Part shown: positions 25,077 through 37,581 of the stretch, one piece after another
Position numbering within the stretch: position 1 is the stretch's first letter
Layout: every line of letters begins with the position of its first letter
Origin: Macrostomum lignano
Taxonomy: Eukaryota
Direction: 5' to 3'
NCBI GenBank assembly: GCA_002269645.1
Contig: NIVC01000506.1
Coordinates: 372,001 to 436,000, forward strand
Length of the DNA: 64,000 nt
The notes under the pieces: generated by a model
Databases searched by the model: none
Seen by the model: only the letters and a program-made list of their open reading frames with translations
What the model was told of the DNA's origin: nothing
Position numbers and translations under genes: made by a program

Positions 25077-25523
25077 TATTACTATTATTATTAAACAGAC
25101 GCTGGCTCAGGGGTCAGCGAAGCACCCGTTGGTGGAAAACAGCTGATTTCAGCCTAGCTGCAGACTGAGGGGTCAGGCCCAGAGCCTGCAAGGTAACACT
25201 GGTAGCTCGTATAATAGCTCGTAATAATAATAATTGATAACACCTGCCCTAATGGGCAGATGTGCAACCAACGGCTCAGCCGCAGCTATTGTGCGGCGCA
25301 TCTGAAGGCTGCGTACGGCTGTTCAGTCCAAAGACTGCATGGGGGTCGCCACACACACCCTCCATTACCCCAGCTATGCTGATACACATTTTACAGCTGG
25401 GTGAACTGAAGCAATGCAGATTTAAATGGTCTTGCTCAAGGACACAAATTGTTCCAATGGGATCTGGAATCGAACCCTCGACCTTCAAGTCCTGAGGCTC
25501 TAACCACTAGGCTACAATCCCCC
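25077..25523 (-). mobile_element. tRNA-derived SINE, family B, with CORE-like central domain and (AAT)n tail, inside the TRPV intron
   Basis: Head TAGCCTAGTGG...GGTTCGATTCC (A and B boxes), then GTGTCCTTGAGCAAGACCATTTAA...CTTCAGTTCACCCAGCTGTAAAATG resembling the MIR CORE consensus; tail TAATAATAATAGTAATAATA. Confidence 0.75.
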
Positions 25524-25555
25524 TAGCTACAACCCCCCCTGGCTCAAGCCGCTAC

Positions 25556-26637
25556 CTATAGTACTCCTTCCGAATGATGCCGGCAGCTATGAAGCACAGG
25601 CCGATGACCATGATGACGGTCCAGGCGCAGAGCACGGTGAGCAGTCCTATTGGATAGTAGTTGTAGGGTTTACCGTAACAGCAAGCCCGCAGATAGTCGC
25701 TGCTGGACGAGCCAAAAAGCACGGCTGAGGCCACAGTGAAGCCGGCTGCGGATGCCAGGTACATGTAGGCAAACACCCAGTTGCGATTGAACAGAGCTTT
25801 CACCCAGAGGCGCCAGATGTAACCTTTGCGAAAGATTCCCAGAGCCTTCAGCTGAGGCAGGGTCGCCTCTCCGTACAGGTCCAGCAGGATGCAGATGGGG
25901 CTGGTGAAGAAGCTGGGTTCCTCACCGACCTGGTTTGAAACGTCAATAATATTGCACTCGCTGATTCCCACAGCCTCACTGCTTATTATGCAATCTGGCG
26001 AATGATAGTACATAATGTACTCTACATAGTTACTCAGCCCGAGGTACACTCCCCAACTGAAAGGAGTCATGCCTGAGTCTGAGAACCTGCTGAGCATCCT
26101 GCTCTGCTGCTCCCGAGTGAACAGCCGGTGGTGGAACAGCGTCAAGAGGCTCCTGCCATCGGCCGAACTGTCCGCTGCTGCGGTTGTGATTGCAACCGAT
26201 CGGTGCATGAACTTCACAGCACTCATCAGCATGTGATAGGCGGTCTGGCCGTGCTCGGTCAAGCGGGAAAAGTCCACGCCGGACTCGTGCATGAGCAGCA
26301 GACAGCGGCGCGCATTGTAAAACATGGCCACAAAGAACGGGTTGGTGGGAAGCTGCTGCTGGATGAGGTAGCAGTCAGCTCCTACGTCTGCCGTGTCGGG
26401 GACCCACCGGCCCTTCACATCGCGGCTTCTCAGGAAGGCTTTCCAATCGTAGACGCGCTTGGAAAACAGCCTTAAGTCGGCGACATCATCGTTCGAGAGG
26501 CATTTAATGAAGGCGAGCCACAGCCGTTTGTCGGGAAGGAAGGTGGCGATGTCCACTGGGCACTCAGTGCAGCCAGATGATGACGGGGAGACGCTGGAAC
26601 TTAAAGTTAGCAGCTTCATTGCAGAATCGGTGGCCAA
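25556..26637 (-). CDS. TRPV-like cation channel, exon 1 (ankyrin repeats, S1-S2)
   Basis: Ankyrin-type motifs GQTAYHML and GMTPFSWGVYLG, two hydrophobic helices, donor AG|GTAGC at 25556/25555 (phase 2). Confidence 0.75.
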
Positions 26638-28267
26638 CTGACGCCAAAAGTTGGAATTGGATGGTAGAAAATCCCGATTGCACCTGCGTTAAATATTGAC
26701 CACCGAGTGAGGCAGGAGAGTGAGGAGACTTGGGGTGGGACGGCATCAATTAATTAGCAGCAAATGCAGCTGGATTTTCCGTCAGTTTGATGTCCTTGTT
26801 GGTTTGATACTGGCCGGCTCCCGACAAACAGCTAGAACCCTATTAGTGCCACTGCTAGTTCACATCTCTACCTCTAAATGTGAACAAAAAGTGCCATAAA
26901 TTGATGGGATATCTGAAATATGCGCTTTGACGCTTTGACAAAAATATTTAGGCAGGCGAAGCAGTGGATTTCATCAAATAGGACAGCCTGCTTCAAGGCG
27001 CCGAATTACGAGCTAAAATACTTTGAGGGCAGTCGAAAACCGCTTCAGAGAGAAACTTCAACCACAGTCTTGATGTTTGCTGAGCCAATACTCAGTGTTA
27101 GCGGCCTTGCCATTAGGTTTGCCGTACATGTAGGTTGAATTGTACATGTTCCTAATTGGATGGCCTTGGCCCGTCCAGGGTTGAGCTACCATTTTATAAA
27201 GAAGGAAATGTGTTGCCAGATAAGAGATTTCTGCTTTTGCAATTCATCTATGCACAAATTCAATTGATGCCTTTTGAACAGTAAGTGCAGATTCAAGGTT
27301 GTTTGTTGGCATCTTTAATTAAGACTATTGTTTTCGGACGGGAATTCGCTTCGGTCAGTTGCCAAAAGTTTCAGCTCTGCTTCAAGGCTGCCCGGCCGTG
27401 AAACTTTTTACTTCAATTAAGGCGTCTCCAATTTCCACACCCACGCACGAATCAGTGCGGCAGTAGAAAATCTCTAGTTAATTAGTTCTCTGATCCCTTG
27501 GAGATTTCTCCTTTTGACATCACAGAGTCTGAACAGATTGAGCAAATCGGGGACGTGCGTAGTGGGGATTTGGGATTCAGAGTTGGTGTTTGAGTTATGT
27601 GAGTATCTGCGCTGCAAAAACTCTAGTTTTGTTCGAGAGAAGTGCTTGAGCCCTTAATCAAACTTTTATATTTACGAAATAGTTATTCGAGACTGTATTT
27701 ACGTACGTTTTCTACGCATACTTTCAACATGTGTAGAAATTTTTACAACGGCATTACATTGTTGGTTATATACATTATATATACATTATATGCATTGGTT
27801 AAAATTACACGATCTTGCTCTCTGAAACCATATGGGTCAATGAGGACTGCATTAATTTTATGCCTCTGCTGCTCAATTAATTTAGGCTGGGTGCTCCGCT
27901 CAGCGCAAAAGCGACAAACCTCGGTCTTTTGCAAAGTTTTCTTTGTAATTATTTTAGACTTGGAACTGGTATTTCCTTCCTCTTATCAGAAAAATGAGAA
28001 GCTTGAATTTAAGATTGTAAGACTTTGTAAGACTTACCGACTACGAGCAACAATTCTTTTTGATATTCCACTTTGTTTATTTTTGCAGGCAATCTCAAGA
28101 GTATTTGTTTTATTTACCAAATTTGGCGTCGCTTACATTTTAAATTGAAATAAATCGGACATTTAATTATAATATTAATAAGTACGACAACCGCCGTGTA
28201 TTCCCCTTCTGTTCTCTTCAAACAGTGCACATCAATATCACATTATTTTTCCTTATTTCGAAAAGCC

Positions 28268-28414
28268 ATGATGTTTAAACTATATTTCTTTGCAACTCTT
28301 CTACTTTTCAATTTTCCTATAAGCATAAATGGATTGTACTTTCACTGTTTCACATAGGCGAAACCGAAAAGAAATGTTTCATAGAAGAAATGCCGGAAGA
28401 CACTCTACTTGTTG
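28268..28414 (+). pseudogene. TMED9: p24-alpha/TMED9-like gene, exon 1 (signal peptide plus GOLD start), frameshifted by an 8-nt insertion
   Basis: Removing TGTTTCAC (28346-28353) gives MMFKLYFF...[27 protein letters not shown], followed by donor G|GTAAGG. As written, TAG at 28355 stops the frame. Confidence 0.8.
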
Positions 28415-28872
28415 GTAAGGGAACTGTGAAGATTAAAATGCTCATTGTTTTAATGTAAATTTTTTTATATTAGCCTTTATCTTTCGACCTGCTTTTACTG
28501 ATACAGTTTTCTATCACAGGCGCTTACATGTTGCATCAGCACATTTAGCATAAAAACAGGAAATTATTTTGTTGAAGCTATGATTGCAATATTATAAATT
28601 ATCTGTATTTGATTAATTTTATTTTTGTACTTATAATTTAAACATAAAATATTATAAACAGGTTATATGTGTATTTTTAAACATTTATTTATCTGCATTG
28701 GTTTCTTCAGAAATATCATAAAAATATTTAGATATGTGAAATAATAACTTATTTATGCAGATCAATAAACTGCGCATAACAAATAAGAACGTAAATAAAG
28801 AAGTGGCTTAAAGAAGGAAAAATGAACTATTAATTCAAAGGCAATTTCTGTAAACTGCAAACACCACTCCAG

Positions 28873-29240
28873 GCGAGTACAAGGTGGAGATATTCGACAA
28901 GGCGCAGCAGAAATTCGTGCCCACCATCAGCGGCTTCGGCATGCACGTGGAGCTGCTGGACCCGACTGGCAGCCTCGTCATGTCCCGAGCCTACGCCGAC
29001 CGCGGCAGGTTCAGCGCCACCTCGCACTCGGCCGGCGAGCACTCGCTGTGCCTGCACTCCAACTCCACCGGCTGGTTCAACACGGGCCAGCTGCGGGTGC
29101 ACCTCGACCTGCGGCTAGGCGAGCACGCCCAGGACTACGAGGCCATCGCTGCCAAGGAAAAGCTCAACGACTTGGAGCTGCGCTTGCGGCAGCTGCTCGA
29201 TCAGGTTGATCAGGTCTCCAAGGAGCAGAGCTACCAGCGG
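28873..29240 (+). CDS. TMED9: TMED9-like exon 2 (GOLD domain and coiled coil)
   Basis: Acceptor ccag|GC (phase 1); GEYKVEIFD...GEHSLCLHSNST...LRVHLDLRLGEHAQDY...KEQSYQR; GT donor at 29241. Confidence 0.92.
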
Positions 29241-29270
29241 GTGGGTCATTGACATCTGTTTATTTATTTA

Positions 29271-29786
<516 letters not shown>

Positions 29787-29815
29787 TTACTCATCCACCT
29801 GAAATCCCCGCACAG

Positions 29816-29965
29816 CTGCGCGAGACCGTGTTCAGGATCATCAGCGAGCAGACTAACAGCCGGGTGCTGTGGTGGTCGGTGCTGCAGACTGTCGTCCTGC
29901 TGGCCACAGGCTTCTGGCAGGTGCGGCATCTGAAGTCCTTCTTTCAGGCCAAGAAGCTGGTTTAG
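29816..29965 (+). CDS. TMED9: TMED9-like exon 3 (TM helix and dilysine tail)
   Basis: cacag|[24 protein letters not shown]...[13 protein letters not shown], the typical p24-alpha C-terminus. Confidence 0.92.
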   Translation: MRETVFRIISEQTNSRVLWWSVLQTVVLLATGFWQVRHLKSFFQAKKLV

Positions 29966-30517
29966 GAGGCCCGCTGTGTGCCTGCATCATCTTTGTGACC
30001 GAAACTGACTTTTTACTGCAAGTAGTATCTGAATCTCTTGTTTATTAGAGTTTTTAGCAGCAGTAACTTCTATTTACGGAAATACTATTGAAAGCGAAGT
30101 TTTACATCGATGCTGATAATTATTGTTTTTTACAGCTGCCTTTTTTGCATTCTACTCATTCGGCGCTAGGAGCTATACTGTATGCAGTAGCATATATTGC
30201 ACCTTTGCATGCTCAATATTTGAACTATTCTGCTTGCACTGTGCCAACAATGTTATGGGTAGTACTGGAATAGCAAAATTGAAGCTTTTTCAATATTTTT
30301 ATTTCTACTTGAACATTAATGCAACTTATTTAGCCAATAAATGTTTGTTGGCTCATACTTGAAGAACCATTCATTCTCTGAGCTCTGCAGCGAGTGCTTT
30401 TACACAACATCTGCTAGTACTTATATATACGCTCGAATTTCATTTAATAAATTTCTAGCACTTGCGCCTCTCCTGGTTGCTCTCGTGAAATTCTTGGTGG
30501 CTCATGTCTCTCTGGAG

Positions 30518-30880
30518 GCCGTTGTGTCTCACTGAAGGCCGTTGTGTCTCACTGAAGGCCGTTGTGTCTGCCAAGAGGCCGTTGTGTCTCCCTTAAGGGC
30601 ATAGTGTCTCCCTGGAGGCCGTTGTGTCTCATTTAAGGGCATTTTATCTCCCTGGAGGCCGTTGTGTCTCACTGGATGCCTTTGTGTCCCCTGGAGCCCG
30701 ATGTGTCTCTCCCAGGAGGCCTTTGTGTCTTTCAGGAGGCTGTTGTGTCTCCCTTAACGGCATTGTGTCTCTTTTAACGGCATTGTGTCTCCCTTAACGG
30801 CATTGTGTCTCTCAGGAGGCCGTTGTGTCTCCCTTAACGGCTATGTGTCTCACTGGAGAACGCTGTCTCTCTCTTTGTGT
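30518..30880. repeat. Degenerate ~21-bp minisatellite (GGCCGTTGTGTCTC...)
   Basis: Recurrent TTGTGTCTC core. Confidence 0.85.
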
Positions 30881-31380
30881 CTCTGGCGCTTGTATCCCCG
30901 CAGCCTGGGCGTGACACTCAAAGCACAACAGTTTCTGCTGTTCCGCCACTCCGGGTAAGGTGAAATTACTTAGCAGAGGCGGAATTGAAGTTCCGAGACT
31001 GAAGAGCGGCGCGCGGCTCTAAGGGGGCGATGCAGTAGGGGACATTCCGGTTTGGCCCGTTTACTACATCGAAATTTATTGTTCGAGCCTTCAAAGGCGA
31101 GGGCGATTGTGCTGCGGTGGGCTTGGCATTGCTAGATTTGTACCCCATTGGCTACTGGCCACCTTTTAACAAAGCTTAACGTGTTTTATGGCCCCCTCGC
31201 CACGGAGCTCTAGTTTGAGTGTCTGGATAGTAAAGGTACCAGCCAAGCTCTGCTGTTCGAAGCTTGGAGTTGGAAGTTCGAACTTCGAGTTTGCTCGTTT
31301 GTATCCTGTCTGACTTTTGTTCCTTAGAGGTTTGATTAAGAAACGAAACAAGCAAATATTATCACAGATTTCCTTTCCAG

Positions 31381-31570
31381 ATGCTGAATCTAGAGCTCCA
31401 TGGCCTGGGGACCGGCACGCAGCAGTGCATCCGGGTTTTATGACGCAAGTTTTTAAACAGCCCCTGAGCCTACGTCACCTGGCCCGATTAGCGATACGGC
31501 TGCACCTTTTCGGCTCTTCAAGTGACCGTCCTCTCCGTGTTGCGGGCGAGGCACCAAAGTTTTTCCTTAG
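31381..31570 (+). pseudogene. Possible orphan exon encoding a SOCS-box-like motif
   Basis: Pyrimidine-rich acceptor tttcctttccag at 31380, then QPLSLRHLARLAIRLHL (BC-box-like). No upstream exon was identified. Confidence 0.35.
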
Positions 31571-31699
31571 TATATACAACTGGCAAATGCGAATTAAGTG
31601 GCAGTTCTTCCTACATGTACTTTATATTCGGATATCTTTATCTGAATGAGCTGTGCGCTCGTAGGTGCATTTCTACTTGTGCTGCACCGTTGCGTTGGA

Positions 31700-33407
31700 A
31701 GAGTTGTGCTGTTGTTTTTGGAAGAGTTGTATTTTTTCTTTGAAAGATATATTGTGTTGAAAGAGTTGTGTTGTTGCTTTTGGGAGAGTTGTGTTGTTGC
31801 TTTTGGAAGATTTGTGTTGTTGCTTTTGAAAGATTTGTGTTGTTGCTTTTGGAAGAGTTGTGTTGTTGCTTTTGAGAGAGTTGTGTTGTTGCTTTTGAGA
31901 GAGTTGTGTTGTTGATTTTGGAAGAGTTGTTGCTTTTGGAAGAGTTGTGTTGTTGCTTTTGGAAGAGTTGTGTTGTTGCTTTTGAGAGAGTTGTTGCTTT
32001 TGGAAGAGTTGTGTTGTTGCTTTTGAGAGAGTTGTTGCTTTTGGAAGAGTTGTTGCTTTTGGAAGAGTTGTGTTGTTGCTTTTGAAAGAGTTGTGTTGTT
32101 GCTTTTAAAGATTTGTGTTGTTGCTTTTGAAGAGTTGTGTTGTTGCTTTTGGAAGAGTTGTGTTGTTGCTTTTGAGAGAGTTGTGTTGTTGCTTTTGAGA
32201 GAGTTGTGTTGTTGCTTTTGTAAGAGTTGTTGCTTTTGGAAGAGTTGTGTTGTTGCTTTTGAGAGAGTTGTTGCTTTTGGAAGAGTTGTGTTGTTGCTTT
32301 TGAAAGAGTTGTGTTGTTGCTTTTGGGAGAGTTGTGTTGTTGCTTTTGGAAGATTTGTGTTGTTGCTTTTGGAAGAGTTGTGTTGTTGCTTTTAAAGATT
32401 CGTGTTGTTGCTTTTGAAGAGTTGTGTTGTTGCTTTTGGAAGATTTGTGTTGTTGCTTTTGGAAGAGTTGTATTGTTGCTTTTGGAAGATTTGTGTTGTT
32501 GCTTTTGAAAGAGTTGTGTTGTTGCTTTTTGGAAGATTTGTGTTGTTGCTTTTGGAAGATTTGTGTTGTTGCTTTTGGAAGAGTTGTGTTGTTGCTTTTA
32601 AAGAGTTGTGTTGTTGCTTTTGGAAGAGTTGTTGCTTTTGGAAGAGTTGTGTTGTTGCTTTTGAGAGAGTTGTTGCTTTTGGAAGAGTTGTGTTGTTGCT
32701 TTTGAAAGAGTTGTGTTGTTGCTTTTGGGAGAGTTGTGTTGTTGCTTTTGGAAGATTTGTGTTGTTGCTTTTGGAAGAGTTGTGTTGTTGCTTTTAAAGA
32801 TTCGTGTTGTTGCTTTTGAAGAGTTGTGTTGTTGCTTTTGGAAGATTTGTGTTGTTGCTTTTGGAAGAGTTGTGTTGTTGCTTTTGGAAGAGTTGTGTTG
32901 TTGCTTTTGGAAGATTTGTGTTGTTGCTTTTGGAAGATTTGTGTTGTTGCTTTTGGAAGATTTGTGTTGTTGCTTTTGGAAGAGTTGTATTGTTGCTTTT
33001 GGAAGATTTGTGTTGTTGCTTTTGGGAGATTTGTGTTGTTGCTTTTTGGAAGATTTGTGTTGTTGCTTTTGGAAGAGTTGTATTGTTGCTTTTGGAAGAT
33101 TTGTGTTGTTGCTTTTGGGAGAGTTGTGTTGTTGCTTTTTGGAAGATTTGTGTTGTTGCTTTTGGAAGATTTGTGTTGTTGCTTTTGGAAGAGTTGTGTT
33201 GTTGCTTTTGAGAGAGTTGTGTTGTTGCTTTTGGAAGAGTTGTTGCTTTTGGAAGAGTTGTGTTGTTGTTTTGAGAGAGTTGTTGCTTTTGGAAGAGTTG
33301 TGTTGTTGCTTTTGAAAGAGTTGTGTTGTTGCTTTTGGGAGACTTGTGTTGTTGCTTTTAGAAGATTTGTGTTGTTGCTTTTGGAAGAGTTGTGTTGTTG
33401 CTTTTGG
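31700..33407. repeat. Degenerate ~23-bp minisatellite (GAGTTGTGTTGTTGCTTTTGGAA)
   Basis: Direct periodicity; source of many spurious ORFs. Confidence 0.95.
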
Positions 33408-33727
33408 AGCAAACTGCTTGTTGATCGCTGTCAATCCCGATCAGCTGATGCTGTTAGCAAACTGCTTGTTGATCACTGTCAATCCCGATCAGCTGATGCC
33501 GTTAGCAAACTGCTTGTTGATCACTGTCAATCCCGATCAGCTGATGCTGTTAGCAAACTGCTTGTTGATCACTGTCAATCCCGATCAGCTGATGCTGTTA
33601 GCAAACTGCTTGTTGATCACTGTCAATCCCGATCAGCTGATGCTGTTAGCAAACTGCTTGTTGATCACTGTCAATCTCGATCAGCTGATGCTGTTAGCAA
33701 ACTACTTGTTGATCGCTGTCAATCCCG
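33408..33727. repeat. 48-bp minisatellite, about 6.5 copies
   Basis: AGCAAACTGCTTGTTGATCACTGTCAATCCCGATCAGCTGATGCTGTT in tandem, no spacers. Confidence 0.95.
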
Positions 33728-34460
33728 GTCAGCTTTCCACACTCAAGGTCAGCTGTTCCAATTCAAGTTATTGCTTACTCAGTAACGCCCGTCTGTCTTA
33801 AGACGCGAAGTCTATTTACATAAAAATACTTGGCAGCTTGTTGTTGACAGCCACCGTTCGGTGCGGGGTCATGCTTGGTGCGGCTGAGCAGCTTGAGCAG
33901 CTTGAGCAGCGTCCGGCACGGCCCACCTCAAGGTTGTGCATGCAAATTTTTCATATCCACACTCATTAATGCGAATGGCGGTCGGGGCAAAGAGAGTCGG
34001 CTTGAGGAAAAATGAGATGAGAAGATTAGGCCAGGCTGGAGAGGCGATGCGCGGCCTCTCGCTGTGCTCGGGGAGAAAAACCCAATAAATCAAGATTTTC
34101 ACTCGCGCAGCTCCGCCCCCGGCATGTGCCAGCATTGGTAAAGATTGAAGAAGTTGCTCCAATACTTTTCGCTTCGGCCTTTTATGCCTATGGAGAGTTA
34201 TACCAATGGTATTGCCTGTAAATTAGGTAAATGTACGATTTTTAAGCTTTGCACATTTTAGCTATACCTTAACCCGAATCCGCATCGGCTGCAGTGCTCA
34301 CAGTCTGGGGCGCCGTTTCTCGAAACTCACTTAGGCTTGGACAGAGACGCAAGTAGGGGGGGGGGGGCATAATCATGGCTTGTTGGATGATCCGTCGCAA
34401 AATTGCACAGAATTCGTTAAATTACACAGAAAGTTGTTTCTCAAACACTTCTACGGCGCA

Positions 34461-34809
34461 GAGGGGCTCATAACCCAGCGGTCTAGCGCCAGCGGCCCAG
34501 ACTCGATTTCAAGTGCAGTCACACTAATTCGGGATATCGGCTTGGCTCCGCTCGTGCAGTTAACGCCCTTGAGGGCCAACCCCGAAGGCACAACTGAAGT
34601 GTACATGCCCAACGATAAATAAAGTTAGGGCCGCTGTACACTCCTGTGTGAGTGCCTGTGCCTGCGAGTATGACTGCGTACGTGTCCTTGCGCTTGTGTG
34701 CCTGCTCAGGGGAGTCGGTGAAATGGGCAAGTAACGCCTCTCGCCGGTTGTGTGACAATGTCGCTTAAAGTGCTCCCAGGGTGCACGCAGCCCTTTTACC
34801 TATAAAAAA
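34461..34809 (+). mobile_element. tRNA-derived SINE, family A (full length)
   Basis: Homologous to the 60168 copy along its length; A-rich tail. Confidence 0.85.
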
Positions 34810-35903
34810 TTCCATCGGCTTAAGATGAATCTTACGACTGGTTCGAGAAACGGCCCCCACAAGCTGCTGCTGCTGACGCTGCAGGGCTCGAACTCGGCGC
34901 TTCGTCGACTGTCTGTTGGAATGCGAGCAGCACGAATTTGCTCCAGTTGCTATGCGGAGTCCAGAACAAGACAGCTATTGCCAACTTAGGGCTTAACTGC
35001 GCTCTCTTAAATCAAGCAAGCGCAGCCTCCTTCTAAGGGTGCACTTTAGCTGTCCATGGTACCATCGTGTGTGCACTACAACTATGAATCACCAGGAAAG
35101 AATCTCGGCTCAGAGGCGTGCAGCCTCCTGGACTGTCTGCCCCCCATTCGCACTTCGCCGCCTCCCAACCGAACACTTTCTCGCTTTGTTTCCCGCCTCT
35201 TTCGCTGCATCATTCCGAGAATTGTTGTCACGCGGAACGGAAGCTCTCCGGCCACACAAAATACGGGCTCGCGCTTGGCACCCCCTGCTGCGCCTAGCTG
35301 GCAAATTTTTTCACTGCCCCATCTCAAAACGCTAACGGAATGGACGCGACAATAAAAATACACACTGGACGACTTGCATAACAACTGCGGTTTATCCGTC
35401 TGTGCAGTTCGATATTGCAAATGCTGTTCCCATGCATTTGTTTCCACTGCTTGGCTAATTCATGACCAATTGCTAGCCAAGCTTCCTGTTTACTTTGCGA
35501 TAATTCAACCTTTGTTTTTAGGCCGAGATTATTAGTGTATCTTTAGGAGCAAAAATTAGCTTAAAGACGATAAGCAAAATGCGCACCTTGTTGTTGGCAC
35601 AGCATCCTGTAGGACTGCCCCATATTGCCTGTGAAATTCGGCTGAGTTACAGAGGCAGACACGAAGCTAGAATTGACATTACCGAATACTTTTAATAGCT
35701 TTTTGACTAGCAGACAGCAGCTGCTTGCGAAAGATGCCACTGATCGATAAAGCGATTCGCCTATTTCAGCTTCGTGCACACCAATGCAGTGCAGCGCATA
35801 AGTGCAACTGGAAGCGGTTTGGAAACAAATGCCGGACAAAACTCTTGGGAACGCAAAGAGCAAAGCTTTATGAGCCCTAGCAGACCAATAGTGTCATTTC
35901 CTA

Positions 35904-36193
<290 letters not shown>

Positions 36194-36729
36194 CTGCCAA
36201 TGCTGTTATGCCGCCTGGCTGGAGTTCTTCAAATCCCACAGCTACCATCAGGGCTCTATACTCTGCTCCATTTCAGGTGGAGATTTTTATCCTCCCGGTG
36301 GGAGCTGGATTTGAACTCAAATATATTAATTATTTAATTACAGTCGCTTCATCGCTCCAGTCTGCAATCGAGCGGTGCCTGGGGCCCCACGCCGAGCAGA
36401 CACGGACCTGAGCAGGGGCTCCTACAGGAAATTTCATTAGCAAACGTGCAGCAGCAGCGCGCCTCGACTCCCCGACATGCGGCGACCGTCTCAGACTCGC
36501 CCGCGGAGCCGCCTGCGGCCAGTTGCTGGGGAGGCAGGAAGAGGCGTGAAATTCAATTTTTACGATTCCCCAACCGCGGGCGGATGCTCGTTGGCTGGAG
36601 CGGCCGGCGCCGGTTTTATGACTGCGGAGTCTGGCGGCCGCTGCTCAGGCTGGACTTCGCTAGGATGGAACTGCAACAGGTCTGGCTTTGCTGAGTGTTT
36701 GCAGAACTAGTGCTCGCTCGACTGCGTTT

Positions 36730-37226
<497 letters not shown>

Positions 37227-37581
37227 CAATGATTGATGAGATTTAAAGCTTCAGCTTTTGCAAATACTTATTGATCGCGTGATGGCTGGTTCAGTCAGTC
37301 CAAATGGTTATAAGTACAAATTTCTTAGAAATTTCTTAGAAAATTCGCTCGACAATTTGTGAGCTTCCTTGCAACTTGTGACTGACGAATGTTTCGAAAC
37401 AATTTCTACTGAATAATGCACACGGATTCAGCGAAAGCAGAAAGTCCGGTCAGTGTGGGTCAGTGTGGGTCAGTGTGTGTCAGAATAGGTCGATTAGCAA
37501 TAATGCGCAGGTCAGTGCGGTTGCGCGGAACTGCGCAGCGTCATTTCCGAGTGTCACCGCTGGCCGTCGCCGCAGGACTCG

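Noticed and set aside
33408-33727. CRISPR-like regularity of the 48-bp repeat (also the 60-bp and 49-bp repeats)
   Set aside because: Units are contiguous with no unique spacers, there are no cas genes, and the context is eukaryotic.
32093-33801. Long Q/N/K-rich and hydrophobic ORFs on both strands
   Set aside because: Translations of the 23-bp and 48-bp minisatellites.
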